From: an uncultured Desulfobacter sp. | GTDB taxonomy: Bacteria > Desulfobacterota > Desulfobacteria > Desulfobacterales > Desulfobacteraceae | Assembly: GCA_963665095.1 (NCBI GenBank) | Contig: OY762069.1 | Location: forward strand, 4,480,001 to 4,544,000 | Direction: 5' to 3' | Length of the DNA stretch: 64,000 nt | Part shown: positions 42,901 to 51,109 of the stretch, piece after piece | How the letters are laid out: every line of letters starts with the position of its first letter | Numbering within the stretch: the stretch's first letter is position 1 | Made by a program: the position numbers and the translations under genes | Notes under the pieces: generated by a model | Database searches by the model: none | The model's input: the letters and a program-made list of their open reading frames with translations, nothing else | What the model was told of the DNA's origin: nothing

Positions 42901-43945
42901 CATCCTTCACCTTTTTCTTGCCGCTGAGTACCGTGGGCTCCGCAGCACCGGAGATCTCAGGCACAGCCATGGTCCAGGTCACCTGGAGGCTTTCCACCCC
43001 TTCCATGCTCTGTTCCCACTGGTCCAGGGTCTTGGCATACAGATTCACGGCATTGAACACCGGCACATCTAAAGCCGCCACCTGACGGGCCAGGTTGTCG
43101 GTCAGGGAACTGTTGAACTTTAAAGAAAAGGAGACCAGCATTTTGATGCGTGCCTGTTTATTCTTATCCAGAAAATAGGTGGGGATCACCTGTTCCTCCC
43201 GGCCAAAACAGGGCATTACATTGAATCCTGTTTCTTCAAACCGGCGGATGATCTGATCCATGATGGGCTTCTGGCCCGGTGTGAGATATGAAGGGTAAAA
43301 CAACAGGCCAATGGGTGTTTTTTTTGCATCAAACCCAGGGCGCCCCGCCTGCCAGGCAAGATAAGGTTCAGCTGTGGGAAAAGAGGCTTTTGCATCGGGG
43401 TGATACACGCCCATTTCCGGCTGCTTTTTCACAGGGCCATAGGCAATGGTGGAATCAATATGGCGATGGGCCACCAGACGCAGCATGTTCCGGATATTTT
43501 CAACATAGGTCTGACGGTAATATTGGGCCACCTCATCGTCAAAGAGATACCCCATCTTCTTTAAGGAGGCATCATCCAGGGAGCCGCGCAGGGCATACAC
43601 CGGTTTCCCCTTAAGCCCGTCACAGCCGGCCAGAAAATTTAATAGTTCCTTTCCCATGACATCGGCCACAACAACCTTTGCCCGGGCCACGGTCTGCCGG
43701 GCCGCTTCCGGCCGCTCCCGGGTCTGGCCCACTGAAATGGCCGACACCTTTACCTCCGGCTCAAGCCCCTGCAGCGCCAGATCCACGACATAGGAGTTCT
43801 GGTCCAGCACCAGGAAGGCGATATCATGGGATGATGCCGCATGGGCCCAATGCACGGCGCCCAGCAGCACCCAAAATACAGCCAGACCGTGTAACCGACA
43901 ACGGCGTACCATATTCTTTCCATATTTTTTATTGCTAAATTTCAT
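39971..43945 (-). CDS. CobN/BchH-like chelatase subunit, paralogue 1 (exported, C-terminally anchored)
   Basis: HLGTHATYEWTPGKQ, YPYIVDDVGEGIQAKRRG, PTGKNFY, RPRIDV, SGLYRD, LNPKWIKGM, CCEHTC; signal peptide (start may be 43912); C-terminal TM. Confidence 0.92.
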   Translation of the reverse strand: MKFSNKKYGKNMVRRCRLHGLAVFWVLLGAVHWAHAASSHDIAFLVLDQNSYVVDLALQGLEPEVKVSAISVGQTRERPEAARQTVARAKVVVADVMGKELLNFLAGCDGLKGKPVYALRGSLDDASLKKMGYLFDDEVAQYYRQTYVENIRNMLRLVAHRHIDSTIAYGPVKKQPEMGVYHPDAKASFPTAEPYLAWQAGRPGFDAKKTPIGLLFYPSYLTPGQKPIMDQIIRRFEETGFNVMPCFGREEQVIPTYFLDKNKQARIKMLVSFSLKFNSSLTDNLARQVAALDVPVFNAVNLYAKTLDQWEQSMEGVESLQVTWTMAVPEISGAAEPTVLSGKKKVKDEGTGKTYYIGSLASANLDRLIDRIKGWDRLQKAANPDKKVAIMFYNHHQGKQNIGASYLNVFKSIAAIQNALDKQGYQAGKSLSKDEVKALLLTSARNIGSWAPGELDKLTASGEVVRVPLDEYRSWFATLPKDFRENVIRQWGTVDDSKIMIQDNAFIIPAARTENLILLPEPSRGWGDDPMKLYHDTTLYPHHQYLAVYLWLQKNFKAHAVIHLGTHATYEWTPGKQAGLSPSCSPEVLTTNIPNLYPYIVDDVGEGIQAKRRGRGVIISHLTPVLKSADIDEEYARMADLAGEIEQGETIGSQAIEEKKVELFALAEKTGIFKDLPHLPENEDEKIHVLGHYLEAVKESLIPYGMHTFGVSPVPEAAKEMTAAIKTWDPEASQNKNANGFESALKACGPSEMAALIHGLNGGYVAPGPGNDPVRNPDAIPTGKNFYGFNPGKMPSPAAWALGVKAGDQIIANHLKNKGGYPHKVAVVLWATESLRNEGMNECTILYLIGVKPKWNKAGRVLGLELMTKAELNRPRIDVMINASGLYRDLFPDKMLFLDEAVRLAARQTDVENLIARHNQETKTRLIKEGMDPDEAEEVSRFRVFSEPPGAYGNGVSEMASGSSLWDDPDRVAEVWENRTGYAFGKTGTGKSWGIPAQKALKAQLAQVDAVTHSKSSNVYGLMDNDDMFQYLGGLAMAVRKEAGKSPETLVTKQTKGTTVAVEDLAQSIGMEMRARYLNPKWIKGMKAEGYAGARAMADFVEYLWGWNLTTPDKVDESKWNETYDVYVADKYGLEMDEFFAKASPWAFQSITARMLETHRKGYWKADQKKLETLAADYAKSIVAKGIACCEHTCNNPMLNQMVVSIVSIPGVLSPEIADAFKMAVEEMAGKTLTDQVKARQELLESLTAPGSRADMGRPSKPGDTGAGEQETVEGFKMEEIKKMKDKTTKMSTSGMEWMGLLAVLAVLALVSLGFYKRQKLHEL

Positions 43946-44037
43946 TTCAAGCTTTCAACTCTGATATAAAGTTAAAGCAACTTGCCAGTTAGCTTTTTAA
44001 ATTCACCCATCGGATATGCCAATTAATCCGTTATGGA

Positions 44038-44164
44038 CGTTTGGGGTAAGATTTATCCAGATGCAAGGCGCAAGAAAAGTTAAAACCGGAGCAACCTGAA
44101 GGTTGTGAGGATTTTAACTTTTTGCACCAACGCCGCAGGTGGATGAATTTTAGCCCAAACGCTA
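44038..44164. repeat. ERIC-like hairpin repeat, copy 3
   Basis: CGTTTGGG...CAGATGCAAGGCGCAAG...GAGCAACC/GGTTGTGAG...CAACGCCGCAGGTGG...CCCAAACGCTA; its terminal TAG is the DUF2149 stop codon. Confidence 0.8.
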
Positions 44165-44497
44165 GTCGGGAATATATATCATGGAGCCATCTTCGAGTTT
44201 GTAAGCAGTACCCAGACGCTCGCCTTTACCCTTGGCCTTAGCCTCAGTCACCTTCATGGCGGTAATCTTCTTGCCCTTTTTCTCAATGATCTCCACCTGG
44301 CCGTTGTCCGATTTTTTCATCAGGGTGATGTTACTCTCCTGGGAGAGCAGATCCTCCAGGTGAAAGGCCCCGAAAATAGCAATGAGCAGCCCCACGATAA
44401 AGACAAGCCCTAGGTCAAAAAGGTTGGCCACCCCGGACATGGGGTCGTTGTCGGAAAAGCCCGTACCCCGGTTCTGACTGACTTTAAGATACCGCAT
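44162..44497 (-). CDS. DUF2149 family protein (ExbD-like single TM)
   Basis: DPMSGVANLFDLGLVF...GERLGTAYKLEDGSMIYIP. Confidence 0.88.
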   Translation of the reverse strand: MRYLKVSQNRGTGFSDNDPMSGVANLFDLGLVFIVGLLIAIFGAFHLEDLLSQESNITLMKKSDNGQVEIIEKKGKKITAMKVTEAKAKGKGERLGTAYKLEDGSMIYIPD

Positions 44498-45095
44498 GAT
44501 CGCTGTCCTTGTCCGTGAGCAGTTCAGCAGCCAGTTCCATGGACTTGACATCGGCTTCCACCCACCGGCGCTGCACCGTAAACAGGCAATAGGCGATAAG
44601 CGTTAGGGCCATGCCCACAACGGTGGTGGTAAAGGCCACCACCAGATCCTGGGAGAGCTGGTTCAGGTCCCCCTGGCCCAGGGCGGCCAGACCCGTTCCC
44701 ATGGGGATCAGGGTGCCGATCAGCCCTAAGCCCGGGCCCAGCCGGATGATCATCTTCAGGGAATCCAGCGACTTCCACATCCGGTGTTCCTCATCCTGCA
44801 AAAGGCTGACAATGCGGATATGGTCACGATGGGTATCAAATCCGGCAAGCGCCCGGATAACTCTGGCCACAGAGCCGGGGAACAGCCCGTCGATCTTTTG
44901 TGCCACGATCTGGTCCGGCAGATCCCCGCCTGTTTTGGCACGCGTCACCGCAACTTTGCGCCTCTCAAGGAGAGCGCGCAAAAACCGCCCCAGATAAACC
45001 AGCATCCACAGGGACAGGCCTGACAAAATCAGGAGAACCGGCAGAAATAAAGATGAAGAGATCAGGTAAATCAGGGTCTTTAATACAGCAATCAT
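44484..45095 (-). CDS. MotA/TolQ/ExbB proton channel family protein
   Basis: RLGPGLGLIGTLIPMG, LVVAFTTTVVG. Confidence 0.9.
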   Translation of the reverse strand: MIAVLKTLIYLISSSLFLPVLLILSGLSLWMLVYLGRFLRALLERRKVAVTRAKTGGDLPDQIVAQKIDGLFPGSVARVIRALAGFDTHRDHIRIVSLLQDEEHRMWKSLDSLKMIIRLGPGLGLIGTLIPMGTGLAALGQGDLNQLSQDLVVAFTTTVVGMALTLIAYCLFTVQRRWVEADVKSMELAAELLTDKDSDHAVS

Positions 45096-45097
45096 AA

Positions 45098-45898
45098 TTA
45101 TTTACTCTCTTTTTTATAAATTTTTGGCCAGACAAAACCAATGACCACGGCAGCAAGAGCACCGCAGGCCAGCATCAGGCCTTTGGTGGAAATAGATCCC
45201 GCTTGCGCATCCGGCAATGAAATCCTGTAAATTTTATCCAGATCTGAAAATGCCGGTACCATGAAGATGGTGAGCAGAAAATAGGCAGACAGGTAGAGCA
45301 TCAAAGTGCCCAGCATCGGCTCCGGCGAAAACCGGTCCATGGCAAAAGATAGCGGCCAGGCCACGCCCAGGCTGACCAGAACAAAAAACAGGTACAGGGC
45401 CCATAAAAGGCCGGGGTGCCCGGGGTAAAGGATGTGCAGGAACGCCACGGACAAAAGGATCACGGTAAAACAGACCGGACAGGGGATCACCAGAGGAATC
45501 CAGCCCCGGGTGGTGCTGTGAGGTTCGCCAGGGGCGGCACTTTTTGTCCCCCTTTTATCCTGGCGCACACCTTGCAAAGCGTTTCCGCTTTTACCCGGTG
45601 TGGACACCAGGCGCGCCCCCCAGATGATCAGCAGCAATGCCAGGGCAAAATGCATGAACATGCCGCTTTTAAAAAAGGTCTGAAACTGATCCATGTGTGC
45701 GGTGAGATCAATTCCGGACAGAATCAGGCCTGCCAGAAAAAAAACCAGGGCATAAACCAGAGCAAAAAGTGCTGCGGCAAATGCTCTGTCCTTTGCCGTT
45801 TCCCGGGTGGAAAACAAGTAGGCAAGTCCGCCCCCGGCCTTGAGCGCAAAGGCGGCAAAGGAGACAAACAATCCCAGTATCAGTGTTTTTAATTCCAT
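45098..45898 (-). CDS. DUF2162 family membrane protein
   Basis: FALKAGGG, MFMHFAL, IPCPVC; about 7 TM; lies next to exbB-like/DUF2149. Confidence 0.8.
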   Translation of the reverse strand: MELKTLILGLFVSFAAFALKAGGGLAYLFSTRETAKDRAFAAALFALVYALVFFLAGLILSGIDLTAHMDQFQTFFKSGMFMHFALALLLIIWGARLVSTPGKSGNALQGVRQDKRGTKSAAPGEPHSTTRGWIPLVIPCPVCFTVILLSVAFLHILYPGHPGLLWALYLFFVLVSLGVAWPLSFAMDRFSPEPMLGTLMLYLSAYFLLTIFMVPAFSDLDKIYRISLPDAQAGSISTKGLMLACGALAAVVIGFVWPKIYKKESK

Positions 45899-45900
45899 GA

Positions 45901-47799
45901 CTAAAAATTAATACTCAAACCCGCCTCAAACCGGATCCCGTCATCCGGGTATCCGTAATGGGAGGAGTAATCTTTATCAAAGAGGTTGCGGATGTTGAAA
46001 AAGACCAGGCTCTTTTTGGTAAAAATAGTCACCGGCTGGGTCAGTTTGATATCGGTTGTCAGATAGGGATCAAGGGTCTCGTCTTCGGTGTTTTCATTGT
46101 CGGAGTATTGTTTGGAATACCCCCGGGTAATCCACTCAAACCGGGTTTTGGTCTTAAACTCGGTTTTAAAGATCATTTTTCCGGAGTGGGTGGGTGCATA
46201 GCTTAACCTGCAGCCATTGTCTTTGTTTTCCGTCTCCTGGAGGATGTAGTTGAACTCCAGATCGGTCTTTTTGGAAAAAGAATATTTATAACTTAGCTCA
46301 ACGCCCTGTTTATAGGCCTTGTCAACGTTTTCAGGGGAACTTACATTAAAACTGTCACGCTCGTATTTGATCAGATCCCGGGAGTCGGTTCTGAACAGGG
46401 AGGCAGACAATTTCTGATTGTCCCTGATCTTCTGGTCAAGGCCTAGGCTCATGCTGATATTTTTTTCCTTGTCCAGATCCGGATTTCCCCGCACCTGGTC
46501 AATGGCCCCGTGGCTGGGCTGGTAGAGCTGGCTGAAGGTGGGGATATGCTCGCTGTACCCGGCATTGAGCCGGATCTGGGTGGCATCGGAAAAGTTGTAG
46601 CTCACCCCGGCGTGTCCCCCGGGGCTGAAGTGATAATCATTGGTGTAATCCGCCCTGGCACCCAGGGTATAGGTGCAGGGTTTGGTGCGGATGTTGTATT
46701 CTGCGTGCCCGCCCGCACTGCTGCGGTTGTGCTTGCCGGACAGGGTATGGTCCACCCGGTTGCGTTCCAGCTGGAGCCCCACCCGCAGTTCGTCATCATC
46801 GTTCTCTTTGGGGGTGAAAAACAGATCCGATCCCAAACCTGCGGTAAAGGTATCTAAGGTAGACTTATCACCGTTATTGGCGGTTTCATCCAGCTTTTTG
46901 ATATCTGTCCATGCCTTTACGGTATAATCGGCGAAGCTTGCAAGATCTGAGTATTTGACATCAAGACTGCCCTTTTCATACCGCTGGGTGGCATTGGGCG
47001 TGGGGTTGTAGGTGGGGCCTGCCACACCATGGTCAGATATATACGCCTTCCCGTTCACCTGGAGCGCCCGGGTGCCTTTTTTCCAGTTATAGCCCAGGTT
47101 CAAATTACCCTGATCCTTCTGACTGTTGGTGCGTTTTCCGTCTTTGTGGGAGGCGCCGCCGGAGATGGTATACTGGCTTTTATCCTTGTCCATCTGGGCG
47201 GTGGCGCTTAAAGCTGCCAGGCCATAGGAGCCGCCTGTGGCCCGGACTTTTCCCTTTATTCCGGTTTTTGTTTTGGCTTTTTTCTGCTTGGTTTCAATGT
47301 AAATAGCCCCGGCAGCACTGTCCGGGCCCAGCCACACGGGTACGGGCGGCTTGAATACGGTAATTTTTTTAATGAGATCTATGGGGATACTGCTTAAATC
47401 CACGCCTCCGTACTGCATGGTGGAAGCCGGGCGGCCGTCAATAAGTACCAGTACGGAACCGGACCCGCCCCCGCCGCGGATGGAAATCCGTGTGCCCATG
47501 CCGGCCCCGCTGTCCTTGACATCCACGCCCGGCATGGCGCCAAGCACCTCCTGAACCTGAAGAAAATTGCGCTGTTCAATCTCCTTTGCCTCCATGGTCA
47601 CCACCTGGGAGGGGTTCTGCCGGGAAAAATCCTCTATCTTATCGCTGATGATGACCATCTCGCCAAGCTGTGTTCCCTGGCTTTGGGTGCCGCTGTCATG
47701 TCCCTGGGCAATTACGGATGGCACAGGCACACAAAAAGAAAAAATACATGCGAAATATCCGATTAACATCCAATGGCCCGTGAAGGGTCTCTTTTTCAT
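45901..47799 (-). CDS. TonB-dependent outer membrane receptor
   Basis: Plug motifs MPGV, ISIRG, VLVLIDG, IDLIKKITV; GNPDLDKE; NLFDKDY; C-terminal Phe; AAGGAG RBS before ATG 47799. Confidence 0.92.
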   Translation of the reverse strand: MKKRPFTGHWMLIGYFACIFSFCVPVPSVIAQGHDSGTQSQGTQLGEMVIISDKIEDFSRQNPSQVVTMEAKEIEQRNFLQVQEVLGAMPGVDVKDSGAGMGTRISIRGGGGSGSVLVLIDGRPASTMQYGGVDLSSIPIDLIKKITVFKPPVPVWLGPDSAAGAIYIETKQKKAKTKTGIKGKVRATGGSYGLAALSATAQMDKDKSQYTISGGASHKDGKRTNSQKDQGNLNLGYNWKKGTRALQVNGKAYISDHGVAGPTYNPTPNATQRYEKGSLDVKYSDLASFADYTVKAWTDIKKLDETANNGDKSTLDTFTAGLGSDLFFTPKENDDDELRVGLQLERNRVDHTLSGKHNRSSAGGHAEYNIRTKPCTYTLGARADYTNDYHFSPGGHAGVSYNFSDATQIRLNAGYSEHIPTFSQLYQPSHGAIDQVRGNPDLDKEKNISMSLGLDQKIRDNQKLSASLFRTDSRDLIKYERDSFNVSSPENVDKAYKQGVELSYKYSFSKKTDLEFNYILQETENKDNGCRLSYAPTHSGKMIFKTEFKTKTRFEWITRGYSKQYSDNENTEDETLDPYLTTDIKLTQPVTIFTKKSLVFFNIRNLFDKDYSSHYGYPDDGIRFEAGLSINF

Positions 47800-47809
47800 G
47801 GTCATCTCC

Positions 47810-49387
47810 TTATTTGGCAAGCAGTAAATCAAAATCAACCCGGTCATAAAATTTCTTTGACCGGGTTTCATGGGTATCCAGCTCAAGCTTACACAACGCC
47901 CCTTTTTCCGCCTTTTTCACTATTGCCTGGCCGTGAACCACAGGCAGGTGCGCAATAATGGCGCGGTGGTTCCCGGCGGCTGCCACGGCCACATTATCAA
48001 TGCTTCTAACGCAAGCGAACCGCAAATCCGCATCAGACAGGGCCTTTTCAGAAATCAGCACCAGGTCACAGCCCAGTTTTGCCAGTACTATGGCTGTTTC
48101 AGGCTGACGCAGATCTGCCATGGGCACCATGGCCACGCAGGCCGGGCCAAAATGGAGCAGTTGATACGGTATCTCCCCGGTTTCAGCCTGGAAGAAACTT
48201 GATCCGTTCCGGGAAATCAGCAGAAAAGAAGGGGCGTTATTTTTTTCAATTACAGATAGGGCAAAGGCGCAGTTCTTTTTTTCAGCAAGGGTCTGCAACC
48301 GGGCTGTGTCCAGGGCCTTTTCCGTCATTTGTGGCAGCAGCCAGAGGATGGGCATGGACGATGGCGCTTCTGCAGTCTGGTGTTCAATTGCAGCCATATC
48401 CAACTGCTTTGATGATGTGGTCATCACCCGGACAGACAGCGAGCCTGGCTCCGGCAGTTTATAATACCGGGTCAAATCGTCTGTCCACGGTTCAAGATAG
48501 AGGGGCCGGTAATTGTCCACCTTCCGTTCGTCCAGCTTTTTCAGACGCGGACCACTGTCTAATTTGCCCTTTGGGTTCAAGGGGATATCGGCAAACAGGA
48601 GCGTGGAATCATCCGATCTCTTTATAAACATCGGGGTACCGTCGGGTTTGACAACCGTAGACACAGCCTTGCTCAAATCCATGACCCGGTCCATTCCGGT
48701 CCGGTTGCAGGCGGCGATATATACCCCGTTCTCCTGGGCCCGGGTCTGCCAGACATCCTCGGGCGGCATGGTCCCGCCCGGCGGCCAGTTGGCCGGCACC
48801 CAGATCAGATCCGCGCCTTTTAAAGCCAGCATTCTGGGAATCAGGCTGAAATAGCTGTCCGCACAGATGGCAATGCCAATGTTTCCCCAGGGCGTTGAAA
48901 ACACCCCCTTCTGATAAGCCCCCCCGCTTCGGGCCCAGCGGATCTCCCCCCAGGTTTTGCGGTATTTGCAGACCAGCTGCCCTGCAGGAGAATAAACAGC
49001 CGCGGCATTATAAAAAATGTCTGTGGCAGGGTCCCGTTCCGGGAAGGTAATGCCGATGTATACGCCGAGCTCCTTTGCCAGGGCCGCCACTCTTTTCAGG
49101 GAAGGGCTCTCCATGGTCAGGGTGTAGGGGCGGACGTCATCCCGGGAGGTAAACGAATAGCCGGAAATGGCAAGCTCTGTATTAAAAATAATTTTTGCAC
49201 CGGCGGCAGCCGCCTGCCGGTGAAGCTGTTCAAGGGCGTCCAGGTTTTTTGCAGGCTTTTTGTAGGTTGCCTTGAAATGGACCAGGGCGATTTTCAGGGT
49301 TGAATCTGCTGCCCCGGCCGGTCCCGGCATAAAAAACAGAATCAGGACAGATAAAACAAACCCAATGGTCCGGATGCGCCTTTTCAT
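47810..49387 (-). CDS. Exported carbon-nitrogen hydrolase (nitrilase superfamily) with a degenerate second domain
   Basis: Signal peptide; triad Glu (NTELAISGY), Lys (YRKT), Cys (AICAD); LKGADL, ACNRTG. Confidence 0.85.
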   Translation of the reverse strand: MKRRIRTIGFVLSVLILFFMPGPAGAADSTLKIALVHFKATYKKPAKNLDALEQLHRQAAAAGAKIIFNTELAISGYSFTSRDDVRPYTLTMESPSLKRVAALAKELGVYIGITFPERDPATDIFYNAAAVYSPAGQLVCKYRKTWGEIRWARSGGAYQKGVFSTPWGNIGIAICADSYFSLIPRMLALKGADLIWVPANWPPGGTMPPEDVWQTRAQENGVYIAACNRTGMDRVMDLSKAVSTVVKPDGTPMFIKRSDDSTLLFADIPLNPKGKLDSGPRLKKLDERKVDNYRPLYLEPWTDDLTRYYKLPEPGSLSVRVMTTSSKQLDMAAIEHQTAEAPSSMPILWLLPQMTEKALDTARLQTLAEKKNCAFALSVIEKNNAPSFLLISRNGSSFFQAETGEIPYQLLHFGPACVAMVPMADLRQPETAIVLAKLGCDLVLISEKALSDADLRFACVRSIDNVAVAAAGNHRAIIAHLPVVHGQAIVKKAEKGALCKLELDTHETRSKKFYDRVDFDLLLAK

Positions 49388-49749
49388 TTTTTGTCTCCCT
49401 GTTTGCCGGATTCGCTGGGGATATAGATTACCCGGCCGTCTTTGAGCTGGTAGGCCGTGCCAAGCCTGAACCCTTCATCCCCGCCCACGGTTTTGTCCGT
49501 CACCTTTTTTACCTTTACCTGTTTACCCTTTTTAGTGATGATCTGCCACTGGTCCTTGACCTTCTTCATCACCGTGATCTCGCTGTCCGGGTTAAAGAAA
49601 TCAAGAACCTGGAAGGTGGACATCAAAGAGAGCAACAGGGCCACAATAAAAACCAGGGCCACATCAAACAGGTTGGCCACCCCGTTCATGGGGTCCTGGG
49701 AGGTGGTACTTCTGGCCCTGGCCGGCCGGGAACTGCTCATGAATCTCAT
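49384..49749 (-). CDS. DUF2149 family protein, copy 2
   Basis: DPMNGVANLFDVALVF...GFRLGTAYQLKDGRVIYIP. Confidence 0.88.
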   Translation of the reverse strand: MRFMSSSRPARARSTTSQDPMNGVANLFDVALVFIVALLLSLMSTFQVLDFFNPDSEITVMKKVKDQWQIITKKGKQVKVKKVTDKTVGGDEGFRLGTAYQLKDGRVIYIPSESGKQGDKK

Positions 49750-50363
49750 GGGTTCAGATCCTTTACCATGGCCTCGGACAACAGGTTGATCTGGCGAAGG
49801 TCATCCAGCACCCACAGCTCTTTGGTCACGGCAAAATAGTGGGCTGAAATTCCTAAAGCCAGCCCCACCACTGTGGTGGTAAAGGCCAGGATCAGGCTGG
49901 AGGAAAGTTGCGCCATATTACCCTGGGTGAGCCCGGCAAGACCGGTTCCCATGGGGATCAGGGTCCCCATCAGGCCAAGGCTTGGGCCTGCCCGGACAAT
50001 AAGTTTAACCCGGTCCACCTCTTTGAACATGGCAAGCTGGGCTTTCTGGTTGCAGGATTCGATTTTTTCCGTGAGAAACGGATCATTTGTCCGGCTGAGG
50101 TCTGAAATGGTTTTTGCGTACTCAACCACGCTGTAGGGCAGCTCTTTGGCCAGATCTCCGGGCAGGTGTTTTTCCTTGTGAATAAAATCCATGGCATCTT
50201 CCACATTGCCGGAAAGCCTGCGGCGTTTGATCCATTCGGCAAAAAAACCGCCGGTGTAGACCAGTAGCCACAGGCACAGCAGGATAAGACAGATCACCAC
50301 CGGATAGAGCAGTGCTGTTGAAATGGTATATAAAACCGTTTGAAAGGCGGGAAACAGGTTCAA
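49746..50363 (-). CDS. MotA/TolQ/ExbB proton channel family protein, copy 2
   Basis: RAGPSLGLMGTLIPMG, LILAFTTTVVG; TTG start overlapping the upstream stop. Confidence 0.9.
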   Translation of the reverse strand: MNLFPAFQTVLYTISTALLYPVVICLILLCLWLLVYTGGFFAEWIKRRRLSGNVEDAMDFIHKEKHLPGDLAKELPYSVVEYAKTISDLSRTNDPFLTEKIESCNQKAQLAMFKEVDRVKLIVRAGPSLGLMGTLIPMGTGLAGLTQGNMAQLSSSLILAFTTTVVGLALGISAHYFAVTKELWVLDDLRQINLLSEAMVKDLNP

Positions 50364-51109
50364 GAGCGTTCTCCTTTTTGTGCATATAGTTTTTTAATGA
50401 AACCAAACCCTGCCAGGACAATACAGCAGGCCGCCAAAATCAGCATGGCCCGGGTATCGGTGCCCTGTACCGGGTTATTGGAAACCGCCATGGCAAAGGC
50501 GGGTTTGATCTTAGGGTATATGGGGGCAATGAGCACCGTGGCAAGGAAATAGACCGAGATCAACACCATGGCGGCACCCAAAAAGCCGTTGTCCATGCCG
50601 GTTTGCCGCCGGAACAGGGCCAATCCCCCAAGGGTGACAAGAATGATCCCCCAGAAGATTCCGAAAAGCACCAGGGTGGTGGCCCACGGGGCCATTTTTG
50701 ACAAAGACAGGGCCATGGTCAGATTCAGCAGGATCACGGTGGCGCACACCGGACACGGCAGCATGAGAAAGAGCCCTGCCGAAGTGTGCTGGTGCCCGCC
50801 GGCCGGTGCAAGCAACAGCTTAAGCCCCCAGACAAACAGCCCCAGAGCAATCGCCATATGGATGTACATGCCAAACTGCATCATGCGCACAATCCGGTCC
50901 AGAAAGGCCAGAAGATCCAGCCGGGTCACCACCAGGAAAAGAACGGCAAACAACACCACATAGGTCAGAAGCGTGCCAAAGAAAAAGGCCAGGCCCGACT
51001 TCCGGGAGACCCCGGGATTGAACACCCGGGAGCCGATTCCCATGCCCGCTTTAATGCCAAAGGAGAGAAACGCCATGATCACGCCGCTCATCCATAATTG
51101 CTTAACCAT
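50360..51109 (-). CDS. DUF2162 family membrane protein, copy 2
   Basis: FGIKAGMG, MYIHMAI, LPCPVC. Confidence 0.8.
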   Translation of the reverse strand: MVKQLWMSGVIMAFLSFGIKAGMGIGSRVFNPGVSRKSGLAFFFGTLLTYVVLFAVLFLVVTRLDLLAFLDRIVRMMQFGMYIHMAIALGLFVWGLKLLLAPAGGHQHTSAGLFLMLPCPVCATVILLNLTMALSLSKMAPWATTLVLFGIFWGIILVTLGGLALFRRQTGMDNGFLGAAMVLISVYFLATVLIAPIYPKIKPAFAMAVSNNPVQGTDTRAMLILAACCIVLAGFGFIKKLYAQKGERS

